DNA from: Bacteriovoracia bacterium
Lineage (GTDB): Bacteria; Bdellovibrionota; UBA1018; JBFWNL01
Direction: 5' to 3'
Assembly: GCA_050251055.1 (NCBI GenBank)
Contig: JBFWNL010000008.1
Location: 96,001-160,000 of the forward strand
DNA length: 64,000 bases
Shown: positions 25,364 to 35,626 of the stretch, piece after piece
How the letters are laid out: the number at the start of each line of letters is the position of its first letter
How positions within the stretch are numbered: the first letter of the stretch is position 1
Program-made: the position numbers and the translations under genes
The notes under the pieces: generated by a model
The model's input: only the letters and a program-made list of their open reading frames with translations
Told to the model about the DNA's origin: nothing
Databases searched by the model: none

Positions 25364-27498
25364 GGCGACGCCCCTGCAACTGGCGCATCACTCACGTCTT
25401 TTTGGTATGCCTCTGCTCCAAGCTGCTGCAGGGAAAAATAAAAATCCAGATCCACCGCGACCCGGCTTTCTTCATAGGCGAGATAGAGCTCTTTCACCAA
25501 GGCGTAAGGTCGCGGACAGTCGCGGATCACCGAGAGGATCCGGCGATAGGGCTCGACGGGGTCGGCGCTCACGAGCCAATGATCGGACTCAACGAATGCT
25601 CCCAACCGGGAACGCGCCGGCGCCTGACGCTGCCACGACGAACGCCGCTTCACGCTCAGGATTGCTTCTTCCAAAAGCCGCAAGGGCCGCAAGGCCAAAC
25701 GCAACGAGTCCGTCCGGCAACCGCGGGCTTGCGTCTCAATCTGCTGCCAAGCCCGTTCCGCGCTGTCCAACACGAAAAGCGCCAAGAAGTCCTTTACGTC
25801 CGGATCCCCGAAAAACGCGCGGGGCCCTCCCATGGACTTGAAATCCGTCGCGAGCGCCTCAAAGACACGCATGCGCGCGGCCGCGCTCACCTGGGGCGGG
25901 ACGAGCCTCTCGATCTCGCCCAAAGTTTTCCCGGCTTCCCCAGCCGGCGACATGCCCGAACCGGAAAGCGACTTCACGAGCACGCGATAAAGCTCCGCTT
26001 GCTGAGGACGACCCAGGGTTTCGAAGGCTTCGCGGAACATGCGGATCCAGCGCACGGTGAGTTCTTGGTGCATGCGGGAGATTCGTTCGCTCGGAAAGAC
26101 CTTGCGCTCGCTCGGATCGTACTGCTCGTACCGCCCGTGCCCGCCACCACCGATGGAGATACTGAGGCCCGTACTCTCCTGGTATCCGCCCGGCGTCCAG
26201 AGCTTGTAACCGAACAGCGTTTTTTCGTAGCGATAACCGCCATCAAAGCGGACCTTCGCGAGGAACTCCTTACGCAAGTCAGATTCCTTACGCACGCTCT
26301 CCCGCAACAGGCTACCGACTTGCTTCATCACGTCGGGACAAACGGCCATGCCTTCGACCAGCACCGAGGACTGGTAAAGCTCGTCTCCGTAAAACTGCAC
26401 CAGGTGGTCCACGTATCCGTCGCCCGAGGAGACCTGAGGCCAGGTCATGCCGCGAGGACTAAAGAATCCGTGCGGCCCGGGTACCGCCAGATTCTGTGGG
26501 CAAACATGCGTGCGCACGCACTCCGGCCGGCGGGGATCGTAGGGACAAAACGAACTGGGCTTGCGATCGGATTTTTTCTTTTTGACCGGCTCTTCCTTGA
26601 ACACCGGATCCGGCCAGCGGGTGAGCACGTGGCCAACGGATTTGTAGTTGTGCGGCTCCACCTGCATCTGGCCCAGGTACTGTTCGTAGACCTGGGTGTG
26701 CGTCGGCACCGCTTTCGAAAAGAAGGTCATCGGCGTGGCGAACACGGCGCTCACCGCGCCCACCACGTACTCCGTGCCCCGAACTACCACGGCGGGAAGC
26801 TCCTGCTGGATGGACTTCAGGATCGCGACCGCTTCTCCAGCGTCGTTCACGAGGGGACTGCCCGAGTTTCCGGGACGCGCGGTGCATCCGGACAGGATCC
26901 AATTCACACCCTCTTCATCAATTGCGGAGCAGGCTTCGAGGTCGATCGTGGGCGCGTAACCGACGCGGGCCTCGGCCAAATAACGCGGATCGAAGGTCGA
27001 CGAAATTTTCCAAGGATGCTTTGGCAGCGCGCCTGCCGTGGCGATCGCGATCGGATCCACGCCTCGGATCGCGACCGGCTCTTCGAGGCGCAGCAAGGCC
27101 AGATCCTCCGTCGCGGACTCCAGCAAGATTTGGGGAGCCAAGAAAGTCTGCAGCTCACGCGGACGAACCCCTTCCGGAGGAGGATTGCCCGAAGCATCGA
27201 GCCCCGGATCCCGCACCAGCACGCGAATACGCAACGACTGCTGGGGGGCGTGGGAAACGCAGTGTTGGTTCGTCAGCACGAGCTGACGCCCCACCAGGAA
27301 CCCCGTGCAAGCACCGGCTTCCACGGTCTGATCCGACTCCCGCTTTTCGACGATGAGGCTTACGGTCGCTCGCTGGGCTTTCACCACGCCCTCGGGGAGT
27401 CGCGCGCGTCCGTCGGACGCGGACGTAACGTTAGCCGAAACGGCTATGAGCGTGAAAAGCCAGAGGGTCACCCGAACCATAACGCATAGCGTTAGCAC
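25360..27498 (-). CDS. Secreted trypsin-like (S1) serine protease with a long C-terminal extension
   Basis: Triad motifs LTNQHCV, DLALLRL, GNSGSPL; signal peptide. Confidence 0.8.
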   Translation of the reverse strand: MLTLCVMVRVTLWLFTLIAVSANVTSASDGRARLPEGVVKAQRATVSLIVEKRESDQTVEAGACTGFLVGRQLVLTNQHCVSHAPQQSLRIRVLVRDPGLDASGNPPPEGVRPRELQTFLAPQILLESATEDLALLRLEEPVAIRGVDPIAIATAGALPKHPWKISSTFDPRYLAEARVGYAPTIDLEACSAIDEEGVNWILSGCTARPGNSGSPLVNDAGEAVAILKSIQQELPAVVVRGTEYVVGAVSAVFATPMTFFSKAVPTHTQVYEQYLGQMQVEPHNYKSVGHVLTRWPDPVFKEEPVKKKKSDRKPSSFCPYDPRRPECVRTHVCPQNLAVPGPHGFFSPRGMTWPQVSSGDGYVDHLVQFYGDELYQSSVLVEGMAVCPDVMKQVGSLLRESVRKESDLRKEFLAKVRFDGGYRYEKTLFGYKLWTPGGYQESTGLSISIGGGGHGRYEQYDPSERKVFPSERISRMHQELTVRWIRMFREAFETLGRPQQAELYRVLVKSLSGSGMSPAGEAGKTLGEIERLVPPQVSAAARMRVFEALATDFKSMGGPRAFFGDPDVKDFLALFVLDSAERAWQQIETQARGCRTDSLRLALRPLRLLEEAILSVKRRSSWQRQAPARSRLGAFVESDHWLVSADPVEPYRRILSVIRDCPRPYALVKELYLAYEESRVAVDLDFYFSLQQLGAEAYQKDVSDAPVAGASP

Positions 27499-27550
27499 AT
27501 TCCTCGGCCCTAGACAATTGGGTCTAACGCATTAATAATTCAGGCTTTAG

Positions 27551-28816
27551 TTACATTTCCGGGAGCCGCGGCTGCTGCTCCACCGGAGAAAGCTCTTCGA
27601 TTTCAACACTTTGCTGGGCGCTCTCGAGCTCTTTAAAGCGGCGTGCGCTCACCAGCACGCGCGATTCGAGCGACGCCATGGCCTTGTTGTAAGACTCGAC
27701 CGCACTGCCTAGGCCCTTACCTACCTTCGAGAAGTGGCTCGCAAGATCCGAAATACGCTTATACAACTCGCGCCCCAGCTCGCTGATCGCCTGCGCGTTT
27801 TTCGCCACGCTTTCCTGCCGCCACCCGTAAGAGACCGCGCGCAGGAGCGCAATCAAGGTAGTCGGCGTGGCTAGGATCACGCGTTGGTCGACGCCCGCTT
27901 CGATCAAGGCCGGATCTTCTTGTAAGGCCGCGCTGAAAAAAGTCTCGCCGGGTAAAAACAAAACCACGAACTCGGGGGCGGGCTGAAACTGATCCCAGTA
28001 GTTTTTACGGCTAAGCTGGGTCATGTGCGTGCGGATCTGCTGCGCGTGCTGGCGAATTTTCTCCTTGCGGGTCTCGTCGTCCGGCGCCTCCATCGATTCA
28101 AGATACGCCGAAAGCGGCGCCTTGGCGTCGACCACGATGGTCTTCTCCCCGGGCAACCGCACGACGAGATCGGGACGCAGGCGCCCGCCATTGTCGGTCA
28201 GGGCGCTTTCCTGCTCGAAGAAATCGCAATGATCGAGCATGCCGGCCATTTCGACCACGCGCTTGAGCTGGATTTCTCCCCAACGGCCGCGCACGTTCGG
28301 CGCCCGCAACGCGCGCACGAGATTTCCGGTTTCGCTGCGCAGTTCCTTCTGAGTATCGAGCAGCGAACGCAGCTGCTGGTCGAGCGTGGCGTAGGCCCCG
28401 ACTCGCGCCTTTTCAAGTTCTCCGATCTTGCCGTCGACCTTCTCCAACGATTCGCGCATGGGCTTGATCAGCGAGTCGATCGCCTGGTGGCGCTTGTCGA
28501 GGTCGCCCTTGGCCGCCTGCTGATACTGCTCGAGCGAGGTGCGCGCGAGCTCCAAGAAAGATTGGTTGTTGTGCCGAAGCGCTTCCGCGGAGAGCGCCTT
28601 GAAGCTGTCGGACAGGCGATTCTGGGCGTCCGTAATGGCGGCGATTTTCTCGCTCGCGGAACGACGCTCCTGGGTGAGCGACGTTTCCAGCTGCGCTTCT
28701 TTCGTCTTCAGATCGGTGAGCTGCCCAAGCAGAACACGCTCGCGGCGGGAGAGGTAAATGAATGCGCCCAGCGCGCCCAACAAAACCCCGACCAGAAAAA
28801 GCAGTATCCCCATCAT
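27551..28816 (-). CDS. rmuC: DNA recombination protein RmuC
   Basis: N-terminal TM, coiled coil, [26 protein letters not shown]. Start uncertain (28816 vs 28882). Confidence 0.93.
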   Translation of the reverse strand: MMGILLFLVGVLLGALGAFIYLSRRERVLLGQLTDLKTKEAQLETSLTQERRSASEKIAAITDAQNRLSDSFKALSAEALRHNNQSFLELARTSLEQYQQAAKGDLDKRHQAIDSLIKPMRESLEKVDGKIGELEKARVGAYATLDQQLRSLLDTQKELRSETGNLVRALRAPNVRGRWGEIQLKRVVEMAGMLDHCDFFEQESALTDNGGRLRPDLVVRLPGEKTIVVDAKAPLSAYLESMEAPDDETRKEKIRQHAQQIRTHMTQLSRKNYWDQFQPAPEFVVLFLPGETFFSAALQEDPALIEAGVDQRVILATPTTLIALLRAVSYGWRQESVAKNAQAISELGRELYKRISDLASHFSKVGKGLGSAVESYNKAMASLESRVLVSARRFKELESAQQSVEIEELSPVEQQPRLPEM

Positions 28817-28900
28817 TTCGACGCACATTAACCGCAGGGCGCGGGAGAAGTCAAACGGGCGAAAAACAGGCTTTTTCGCCAAATTCGGGGAAGGGGGAGA

Positions 28901-29839
28901 TCAGCGACGGAAAGCGAGATCGCGATAATAACGCAGGAGATCAGCCAACCGGGCAGGTCGGGCGGCACTGCCCTCGCGAACGGTGGCTGGCAGCAGGCTA
29001 TAGGGATCGGATCGATCGGTGAAGGACGCGACCTTGGCTCCCTGCTGAACAAACTTCTTCTCGTTCAATCGCCAGTACTCCTCGTACTCGTACCAGGGAA
29101 TCGTGGGTTTGAGGTGATGCACCAGATGCAGGTTTTGATTGAACATGATGAATTGCAACCAGCGCGGGACATACAGGTTGCGCGTGTTGCCGATGCGCGA
29201 GGTATCCTGCGCCGGGTGATGCGGCCAGGAGGTATTGGCGAAGGCCAGCAGGCCGATCCCGACGAGGTTCGGCAGGATCCAGCCCAGCAGGCAGGCTTGC
29301 GAAAACTCCGTGAACAAACCCAAGCCAATGATGATGCTGGGCCCGACCGTGGACGAAATCATCGTCAGCGCATTCCAGAATCCGCCGGTCCCGTAGTGTT
29401 TGAATCCGTACCAGTAATAATAAAAGATAAGCAGGAACGAACGGGTCCACCGCGCCGAAAGCTTTTCGGAAGCCGTGAAATGATCCGGGTCCATCTCCGG
29501 GTGGTTCGTGTAGGCGTGGTGAGTGATGTGCAGGCGCTTGAAAAAAATCGGGCTATTGAGAAAAACCGGCCAGGTCCCCCACAAAATAAGGTCGTTCAGC
29601 CAGCGGGTGCGGCTCGCCACGCGGTGCACGCCATCATGCAGGGGCGTGAACATCGCGAAGATCAGTACGACCTGCACGCAGAAAATAGCGCCGGCCAGGT
29701 ACCACGGCAGCGGACGAAACCAAACCAACAAGAAGATGTTGAGGTAAAACCAAATGGAAACGACGAGAAAAATAATCAGGGTCGGATTGATCGCGCGGTC
29801 TTGGCTCGTTGAGCGGCCGGGCGTTGAAGTCGGAAGCAC
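28901..29839 (-). CDS. Membrane fatty-acid desaturase/hydroxylase family protein
   Basis: Three His boxes (HDGVH, HITHH, HLVHH) and TM helices. Confidence 0.85.
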   Translation of the reverse strand: MLPTSTPGRSTSQDRAINPTLIIFLVVSIWFYLNIFLLVWFRPLPWYLAGAIFCVQVVLIFAMFTPLHDGVHRVASRTRWLNDLILWGTWPVFLNSPIFFKRLHITHHAYTNHPEMDPDHFTASEKLSARWTRSFLLIFYYYWYGFKHYGTGGFWNALTMISSTVGPSIIIGLGLFTEFSQACLLGWILPNLVGIGLLAFANTSWPHHPAQDTSRIGNTRNLYVPRWLQFIMFNQNLHLVHHLKPTIPWYEYEEYWRLNEKKFVQQGAKVASFTDRSDPYSLLPATVREGSAARPARLADLLRYYRDLAFRR

Positions 29840-29934
29840 TCCCTTACCTCCAGAAAAGCGCGCTTAAATTTATAGCCGCGCTGCATATAGATTAAAAGAG
29901 ATGCGCCCGCCAATGCAAGTGTTATTAATGAGGA

Positions 29935-31419
29935 ATGCGCAAAACCCAGTCTCGTTGGGCCGTACCTACCGGATTATTGGCGTCTTTTTTTCTCGCGGGC
30001 TTTCTCACTGCGTGCGGGAGCTTGCATAAGCGGGCGAAGGAATACATGGAGGCGGGCGCCCATCTGGAAGCGGCCCGGACCTACGAGGAGATTCTAAAGA
30101 AAGACCCCCAGGACCCCGAAGCTAAGCTTGGCCTAACCGAAGCCCGCTCCCGCTTGATCGACAGCCGCCTCATCGACATCCGGCGCGCGCGAACCTCGGG
30201 CAACCCGGAGCAAGGGCTGGATCATTTAATGGCGCTCCTGAACGATCAGGCGAAGTGGGGGTTGAACGCCCACGCGGCGGCGACCCTGACCCAGGAAGAA
30301 GAGACGGAATTTGGCGCGAACCTCGTGGCCAAAAAGGTAACGTCCGCCAACCAGGCGAATCACCCCCTGCGCGCATCCTCCCTACTTCTCCGCTACCGGC
30401 CCCTCTTCCAAGACAAACGCGCCTCCCGTCACGACGCCTTGAACGCCGAGACCGAGCGGGTCGGGCAAAAGCACTGCAAGAAACTGCAGGCGATGGATCT
30501 CAAGAAAGCGCCTTACTTCGCCGAGTTTGTCATTAAGTATTGCGCCTACTTCAAGGAAGAGTCCGCGCAACTCGCCGACCGCATCGGCCATCGTGCGGCC
30601 GATCTCGTGAATGACGTAACCGTCACCGTAAAGATCAAGGATTTGCCGAACGAAAGCACGCCAAAATTCACGGAGAACTTCCGCGACGCCCTCAAGCGCA
30701 CCGCCTGGTACGACGCCGAAGGCAAGCAGACGATCGCGCTCACGGTAGACGGCACGCTTGAGTTCTCGCGCCAACAGGTGCCGGTGAATCTCGTCCACCA
30801 ATACAAGGAAGACGAACCCTACGTCGAGGTCATTGACGTGCAAAAAATCCGGCAAGTCCCTTACGAAACGACCGAGTCACGCATCAATCCCACCACTCGA
30901 GCCATCGAGGTGGTGCCCGTTACGAAGTATAGGCAAGAGACTTATATCGAAAAGCAATCCGTCACGCGCACCCGGGAGGTGCTGAAAACCTACCCTTACG
31001 GCGCTTGGAAGCACATGCAACATCTCAAGCTCGCCCTCACGGGCGCGAGTACCGTCGCGGGACGGGCCGTGAACTTCTCGCTCACCGAGGAGCTAAATCA
31101 AAACAGCTTCCAGCACGACCTGGACCTGCCCGCGATTGGGCTGAAACCGGCGAAACTCACGCTCACCGACGAAGGGGCCTGGATCGACGAGCAGGCGAAG
31201 CGTGCGTCCGGGCTCTTCGAGGGCAAACTGGCGGAACTCTGGAAGGACCTTTACTGTTCGGGCAGCGAGAAACTTTCACTGGTAGCGTCCGGCGAGCAGG
31301 TGCACCGCTGCTTGCGCGAGCAGTCGGGCGACGCGCCCGAATTCGCGCAGGGCTGGTATCAGAAGCAACTCGATATGGACATGAAAGAGGCGATGTCCCT
31401 CATCGGCCTCAAGCGCTGA
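29935..31419 (+). CDS. Lipoprotein with N-terminal TPR-like helices
   Basis: Lipobox LTAC, followed by a TPR-like AARTYEEILKKDPQDPEA segment. Confidence 0.7.
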   Translation: MRKTQSRWAVPTGLLASFFLAGFLTACGSLHKRAKEYMEAGAHLEAARTYEEILKKDPQDPEAKLGLTEARSRLIDSRLIDIRRARTSGNPEQGLDHLMALLNDQAKWGLNAHAAATLTQEEETEFGANLVAKKVTSANQANHPLRASSLLLRYRPLFQDKRASRHDALNAETERVGQKHCKKLQAMDLKKAPYFAEFVIKYCAYFKEESAQLADRIGHRAADLVNDVTVTVKIKDLPNESTPKFTENFRDALKRTAWYDAEGKQTIALTVDGTLEFSRQQVPVNLVHQYKEDEPYVEVIDVQKIRQVPYETTESRINPTTRAIEVVPVTKYRQETYIEKQSVTRTREVLKTYPYGAWKHMQHLKLALTGASTVAGRAVNFSLTEELNQNSFQHDLDLPAIGLKPAKLTLTDEGAWIDEQAKRASGLFEGKLAELWKDLYCSGSEKLSLVASGEQVHRCLREQSGDAPEFAQGWYQKQLDMDMKEAMSLIGLKR

Positions 31420-31434
31420 GCCGTCGCGGCGAGC

Positions 31435-32283
31435 TTAGAGCGTGGGTGGCCCCGCCGTCGGCGAACTATTCAGGAAATAAGAAACCCCGAGCGTGAGCGT
31501 ATTCGTCCAGTTCGCACGGTCGGCGATGAATTGCCCCACGGCGAAGCCACTGGCCGCGGACTTGGCGACGATCGCTTCCTTGTAGTACATGGTCCGGAAA
31601 TCCAGGCGCAGCGTGAGCGACTGCGAGAGATAGATCTGCTGCCCGATCCCCAGGAAAGGCGTCACGTAGCGCCCGGTTTCGGTCTTCGTCAGCCCCAAGC
31701 CGCCTTGAAGGTGTAGATCAAAGTAAATGATCGATTTCCCCACGAAGCTCAGCTTCCCGTACATGATGCTCCCGCGGCCTTCTACGCCGAAGAAATAATA
31801 CGGACGATTCGTATTCGTGGTGAACCCCACTTCGCTCTCGAACGTTTGCAAGGCGCGCGAAGAGCTGACGAAGTGCTTCCACCCCAGGAGGTGGGCCGAG
31901 AAATACTCGCTGAAGTGATACCCCGCTTCGCCCCCTACCCCACTCATGCTCAAAAACGGATCCGAGCTGATCGTGGCGTAAAACAAACCCGTCTCCACGC
32001 GGCCCTGCTTCGAGTAAAGACGGTTCTGCACGACCCCGATCTCGGTCTCGGAGCCCTTGGCCCAGTACTTTTCCTTGATCTTGTTGACGTCCACCGCTTC
32101 GGCCGAGGGAAGATCCATCGGCGCCGGGCTGGCGGAGGGCTTGGGTTTATCGGCGGCTCCCGCCGTACCCGGGTTCACTCCCGCTACCACCACCATCGCC
32201 AGTACCAGTATAAGGATAGGCGCCAAAACCCCGCTTTTATCAGCCCCGAAAACCCGACTCAAAAACCTGGTTGTACCTTGCAT
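31435..32283 (-). CDS. Myxobacterial/Bdellovibrio-type outer-membrane beta-barrel protein
   Basis: Signal peptide, VVQNRLYSK..RVE, DPF, YGKLS..GK, terminal LGVSYF strand. Confidence 0.75.
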   Translation of the reverse strand: MQGTTRFLSRVFGADKSGVLAPILILVLAMVVVAGVNPGTAGAADKPKPSASPAPMDLPSAEAVDVNKIKEKYWAKGSETEIGVVQNRLYSKQGRVETGLFYATISSDPFLSMSGVGGEAGYHFSEYFSAHLLGWKHFVSSSRALQTFESEVGFTTNTNRPYYFFGVEGRGSIMYGKLSFVGKSIIYFDLHLQGGLGLTKTETGRYVTPFLGIGQQIYLSQSLTLRLDFRTMYYKEAIVAKSAASGFAVGQFIADRANWTNTLTLGVSYFLNSSPTAGPPTL

Positions 32284-32388
32284 AGGCCGTTGATTCTATT
32301 AGTTAAAACACTCAGAACCTAGGGAATTCCGCCCCGGGCTTTATTCTTAACTTGAATTAACAATATTAAACATGTTAAACTATTTAAT

Positions 32389-33231
32389 ATGCGGACGATA
32401 AGCCTGAAATCCTCTCGCTACGGCATCCTTTCGATGGCGCTCGTGCTCTTCGGCTGCGAAACCGAACAATTCTTCGCCGAACTCCCCTCCAGCACCCCCC
32501 GTGACCCCAACACCGTGGTTTGCGATCCCTTGGGCCCCGGCAGCAGCCCCCTTTCGAACGGGCACGGAATGAAGGCAAGCCTGCGCTACCTATCCGACAG
32601 CATGCCTCAGTACCAATACGTGGCTGAGCACCTCGAGCACGGCATCCTGGTCGAAGGGGTGGACATCTACTTCAACAACCTCTTCGTCCCCACGCGCATG
32701 TTCGACTCGGGCTTCGAGACCCTGGCGGGCGGCGTCCTAAAAAACAATCACGATGACACGCTGTTTGAGTGGTTTTCCTTGAACATCAACAGCTACCTGC
32801 GACTGCGTATGGAAGACGCCCCAGGAAACTACGAGTTCGCGCTGCTGGCCGATGACGGCGCCGTCCTATCGGGCGACTTCGGCCTCGGTTACGAGCAGCT
32901 CGTCGTGAACGATGGCACGCACCCCACCCGCATGGGTTGCGGCGCGCATCCCGTGGCACTGGATCACAACTCGAACATCCCCATCACGATCGATTACTTC
33001 CAAGGCCCGCGCTACCACATTGCGCTCACGATGCTGTGGCGCCGGCACCAGCCGAACGCCACCGAACCCCTTTGCGGCGCGAGCGGTAACAGCCTCTTTT
33101 TCGATCCGGCTCAATCCATCAACGGCAACTACGCCCCTCAAGCCGCGTATAACGCGCTCCTGAGCCGCGGCTGGACGCCCGTGCCGGCGGAAAACCTTTA
33201 TTTAGGCGAGGACTCAAATCCTTGCCTCTAA
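32389..33231 (+). CDS. PA14-domain lipoprotein
   Basis: LFGC lipobox; EWFSL, YEFALLADDGA, NDGTH, DYFQGPRYHIAL motifs. Confidence 0.8.
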   Translation: MRTISLKSSRYGILSMALVLFGCETEQFFAELPSSTPRDPNTVVCDPLGPGSSPLSNGHGMKASLRYLSDSMPQYQYVAEHLEHGILVEGVDIYFNNLFVPTRMFDSGFETLAGGVLKNNHDDTLFEWFSLNINSYLRLRMEDAPGNYEFALLADDGAVLSGDFGLGYEQLVVNDGTHPTRMGCGAHPVALDHNSNIPITIDYFQGPRYHIALTMLWRRHQPNATEPLCGASGNSLFFDPAQSINGNYAPQAAYNALLSRGWTPVPAENLYLGEDSNPCL

Positions 33232-33241
33232 TGGCCGATAA
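33214..33241 (+). promoter_or_regulatory. Candidate sigma-28 (FliA) promoter
   Basis: TCAAA-N15-GCCGATAA; perfect -10 box 18 nt before the ATG at 33260. Confidence 0.55.
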
Positions 33242-33259
33242 GATCTGGGGTGTGAATAT

Positions 33260-33760
33260 ATGAAAAAAGAGAGACCTCGCACGAATCGCTTTCGGCTCCT
33301 GATTTTTCCCCGCTTCCAACTTGTGCTGGTGGGCACCAATCTCGCCATCATGTTTGGCGTCTCGCTGCTGACTTGGCTGAGCGTGAACCACGCTTTCACG
33401 GGCCTCATGCCCGCCGCCGGCCTCGACAGCATGGAAACGGAGTTTTACCAAAAGTTCATCGACTACCAGACGACGACCATGCAGCTGCGCCTCTTCGTGG
33501 CGCTGGGCCTGGGTATCGTCGTATCATCCATCGTCACTCTCCTCATTTCCCACCGCTTCTCCGGGCCGCTCGTCCGGTTGCGCGGTTACTTCCAATCCAT
33601 CGCTGACGGGCATCACCCCATTCCCCGCCTGGAGTTTCGTCATGGCGACTTCTTGGACGATATTCCTCCGGTAGTGAATGACGCGATCGACACGATCCAA
33701 AAGCGCGGCACCTCCTATACGAATGGCCACGCCACCAGCCGACACAAAACGGTCGCGTAA
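33260..33760 (+). CDS. Small two-TM protein with a HAMP-like segment
   Basis: Two TM helices, then SHRFSGPLVRL...FRHGDFL. Confidence 0.7.
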   Translation: MKKERPRTNRFRLLIFPRFQLVLVGTNLAIMFGVSLLTWLSVNHAFTGLMPAAGLDSMETEFYQKFIDYQTTTMQLRLFVALGLGIVVSSIVTLLISHRFSGPLVRLRGYFQSIADGHHPIPRLEFRHGDFLDDIPPVVNDAIDTIQKRGTSYTNGHATSRHKTVA

Positions 33761-33824
33761 TCTTCACGAAAATATCCGGTTCTGGCTCTCTCCGTCGTGA
33801 GCGGGGGCATGCTAATGTAGGCTC

Positions 33825-34886
33825 ATGCGCGGTCGCGGCGCTTCTGAAAACATTCCCAATCGCTTTGAAAAAATCGCCGTCTCCCTGGATCCAGAATCCG
33901 TCGTGGATCCCTCGAGCGAGTCCAGTGATTCCGGGTCCAAGCGGCCCGTGCGTACGCAATTCCTGAAAGATCACTCGCGCACCATCCTTTCCACGAACGA
34001 CAGCCCCGATATTGGCTTCAACGCGAGCGTCAACCCCTACCGCGGCTGCGAGCATGGCTGCGCGTACTGCTACGCCCGTCCCACCCACGAGTACCTGGGT
34101 TTTTCGGCCGGACTTGATTTCGAGAGCAAGATCGTCGTGAAGGAAAACGCGGCCGCGCTCCTACGGGAAAAACTGATGTCGAAATCGTGGCGACCCCAGG
34201 CCGTCGCCTTTAGCGGTGTCACCGACTGCTATCAGCCCATCGAGCGCAAGCTACGCCTGACCCGCTCGTGCCTAGAAGTTTTGGCCGAATTCCGAAACCC
34301 GTTCCTGATCATCACGAAAAATCACCTCATTACGCGTGACATTGACCTCATCGCCGACATGGCCCGCGACCAGGCGGCGGCGGTTTTCATTACGATTACG
34401 AGCTTGAATCCCGAGCTCACCGCGATTCTGGAGCCGCGGACCGCGCGCCCGGCATTACGGTTGGATGCCGTACGAAAGCTCTCCGAGGCAGGGATTCCGG
34501 TGGGAGTGCTCATGGCGCCGATCATTCCCGCAATTAATGACGAAGAGATCCCGCAGGTCTTGGCGGCCGCGCGCGACGCGGGCGCGATCACGGCGGGCTT
34601 TACCCCGCTGCGCCTCCCCGGCGCCGTGCTGCCGATTTTTACCGACTGGCTCGCCCGGCACTATCCCGATCGTCGGGACAAAGTACTGAACCGGATCCGT
34701 TCCATTCGTGAGGGGCAACTCAACGATCCGAATTTTGGCTCGCGCATGCGGGGCAGCGGGCCGTTCGCGGAACAGATCCGGTCCATTTTCAAAGTGCACG
34801 CCCGCCGCTTGGGCTTGGACCGCGGATTTTCTCCGCTGTCGACGGCGCAGTTTCGCCGCCCCGGCGAGCAGATGCGACTTTTATAG
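33825..34886 (+). CDS. PA0069/Rv2578c-family radical SAM protein
   Basis: NPYRGCEHGCAYCYARPTH, TDCYQPIER, LEPRT. Confidence 0.92.
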   Translation: MRGRGASENIPNRFEKIAVSLDPESVVDPSSESSDSGSKRPVRTQFLKDHSRTILSTNDSPDIGFNASVNPYRGCEHGCAYCYARPTHEYLGFSAGLDFESKIVVKENAAALLREKLMSKSWRPQAVAFSGVTDCYQPIERKLRLTRSCLEVLAEFRNPFLIITKNHLITRDIDLIADMARDQAAAVFITITSLNPELTAILEPRTARPALRLDAVRKLSEAGIPVGVLMAPIIPAINDEEIPQVLAAARDAGAITAGFTPLRLPGAVLPIFTDWLARHYPDRRDKVLNRIRSIREGQLNDPNFGSRMRGSGPFAEQIRSIFKVHARRLGLDRGFSPLSTAQFRRPGEQMRLL

Positions 34887-34893
34887 TAAGGGG

Positions 34894-35511
34894 TTACGGG
34901 TTCACGCTGCCGCGGCACTTATCGAGCTCCGCGCGCAGGGCTTTCACTTCTTTCTCGAGCTCGACCCCGCGGCGCATGTAACCCATGACGGTCTCAGTGG
35001 GATAGGCGTAATAAATTTCGAGGGATTCCCAGTTCTCGCCGCCGATCTGCCGGCGACGGGCTAATTCGTACTTTACCTGCTCGAGCGACTTGCCTTGGGT
35101 GAGGTCCGTAAAGATGCCTTTCACTTCCCGCGCGAAGACGCGATCAATGCGCATGCCTTCGATCGTGAGCAGTGGGTTCGGCGCGCCGTTGACGACCCCG
35201 AATTTTTTTAGGAAGCTCGCCACCGCCGTGCGGGCGCCCTCGATCAGCTCAAGCCCAATTTCCGAATCGCTTTGCTGATTATGATTGTAGCTTTGCGTCA
35301 CCGTCGTCACGACGATGCCTTGATGGATGAGGTCAAACTTGTATTGAGACATCCGATCGTTGCCCGGCATCGGGGCCGTGCGGATATCGCTCACCGTATA
35401 GGCTGGCTCCAGAAAGCTGACATCGGCTTGGGCGAAGGTGCCCACCAATAGGCCGGCGAGACCGGCAAAACCTGTGACTAAACTTCCAAATAAACGCTGC
35501 TTCATTTTCAT
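34894..35511 (-). CDS. Secreted hypothetical protein
   Basis: AAGGAG RBS, AQA signal cleavage site, C-terminal coiled coil. Confidence 0.65.
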   Translation of the reverse strand: MKMKQRLFGSLVTGFAGLAGLLVGTFAQADVSFLEPAYTVSDIRTAPMPGNDRMSQYKFDLIHQGIVVTTVTQSYNHNQQSDSEIGLELIEGARTAVASFLKKFGVVNGAPNPLLTIEGMRIDRVFAREVKGIFTDLTQGKSLEQVKYELARRRQIGGENWESLEIYYAYPTETVMGYMRRGVELEKEVKALRAELDKCRGSVNP

Positions 35512-35626
35512 GCTCCTTTTTCTTGCCCGTAGTTACTGATCCAGGCCCAAAAAATAAGACTAAAGCAGTCGATTATATAGTTACATCCCGTTACATCTGA
35601 GTAACATATTGATTAATAAGGTATTT

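Noticed and set aside
32375-32401. Possible sigma-28 promoter TAAA-N14-GACGATAA
   Set aside because: Imperfect -10 box, short spacing, and it overlaps the likely start of the lipoprotein signal peptide.
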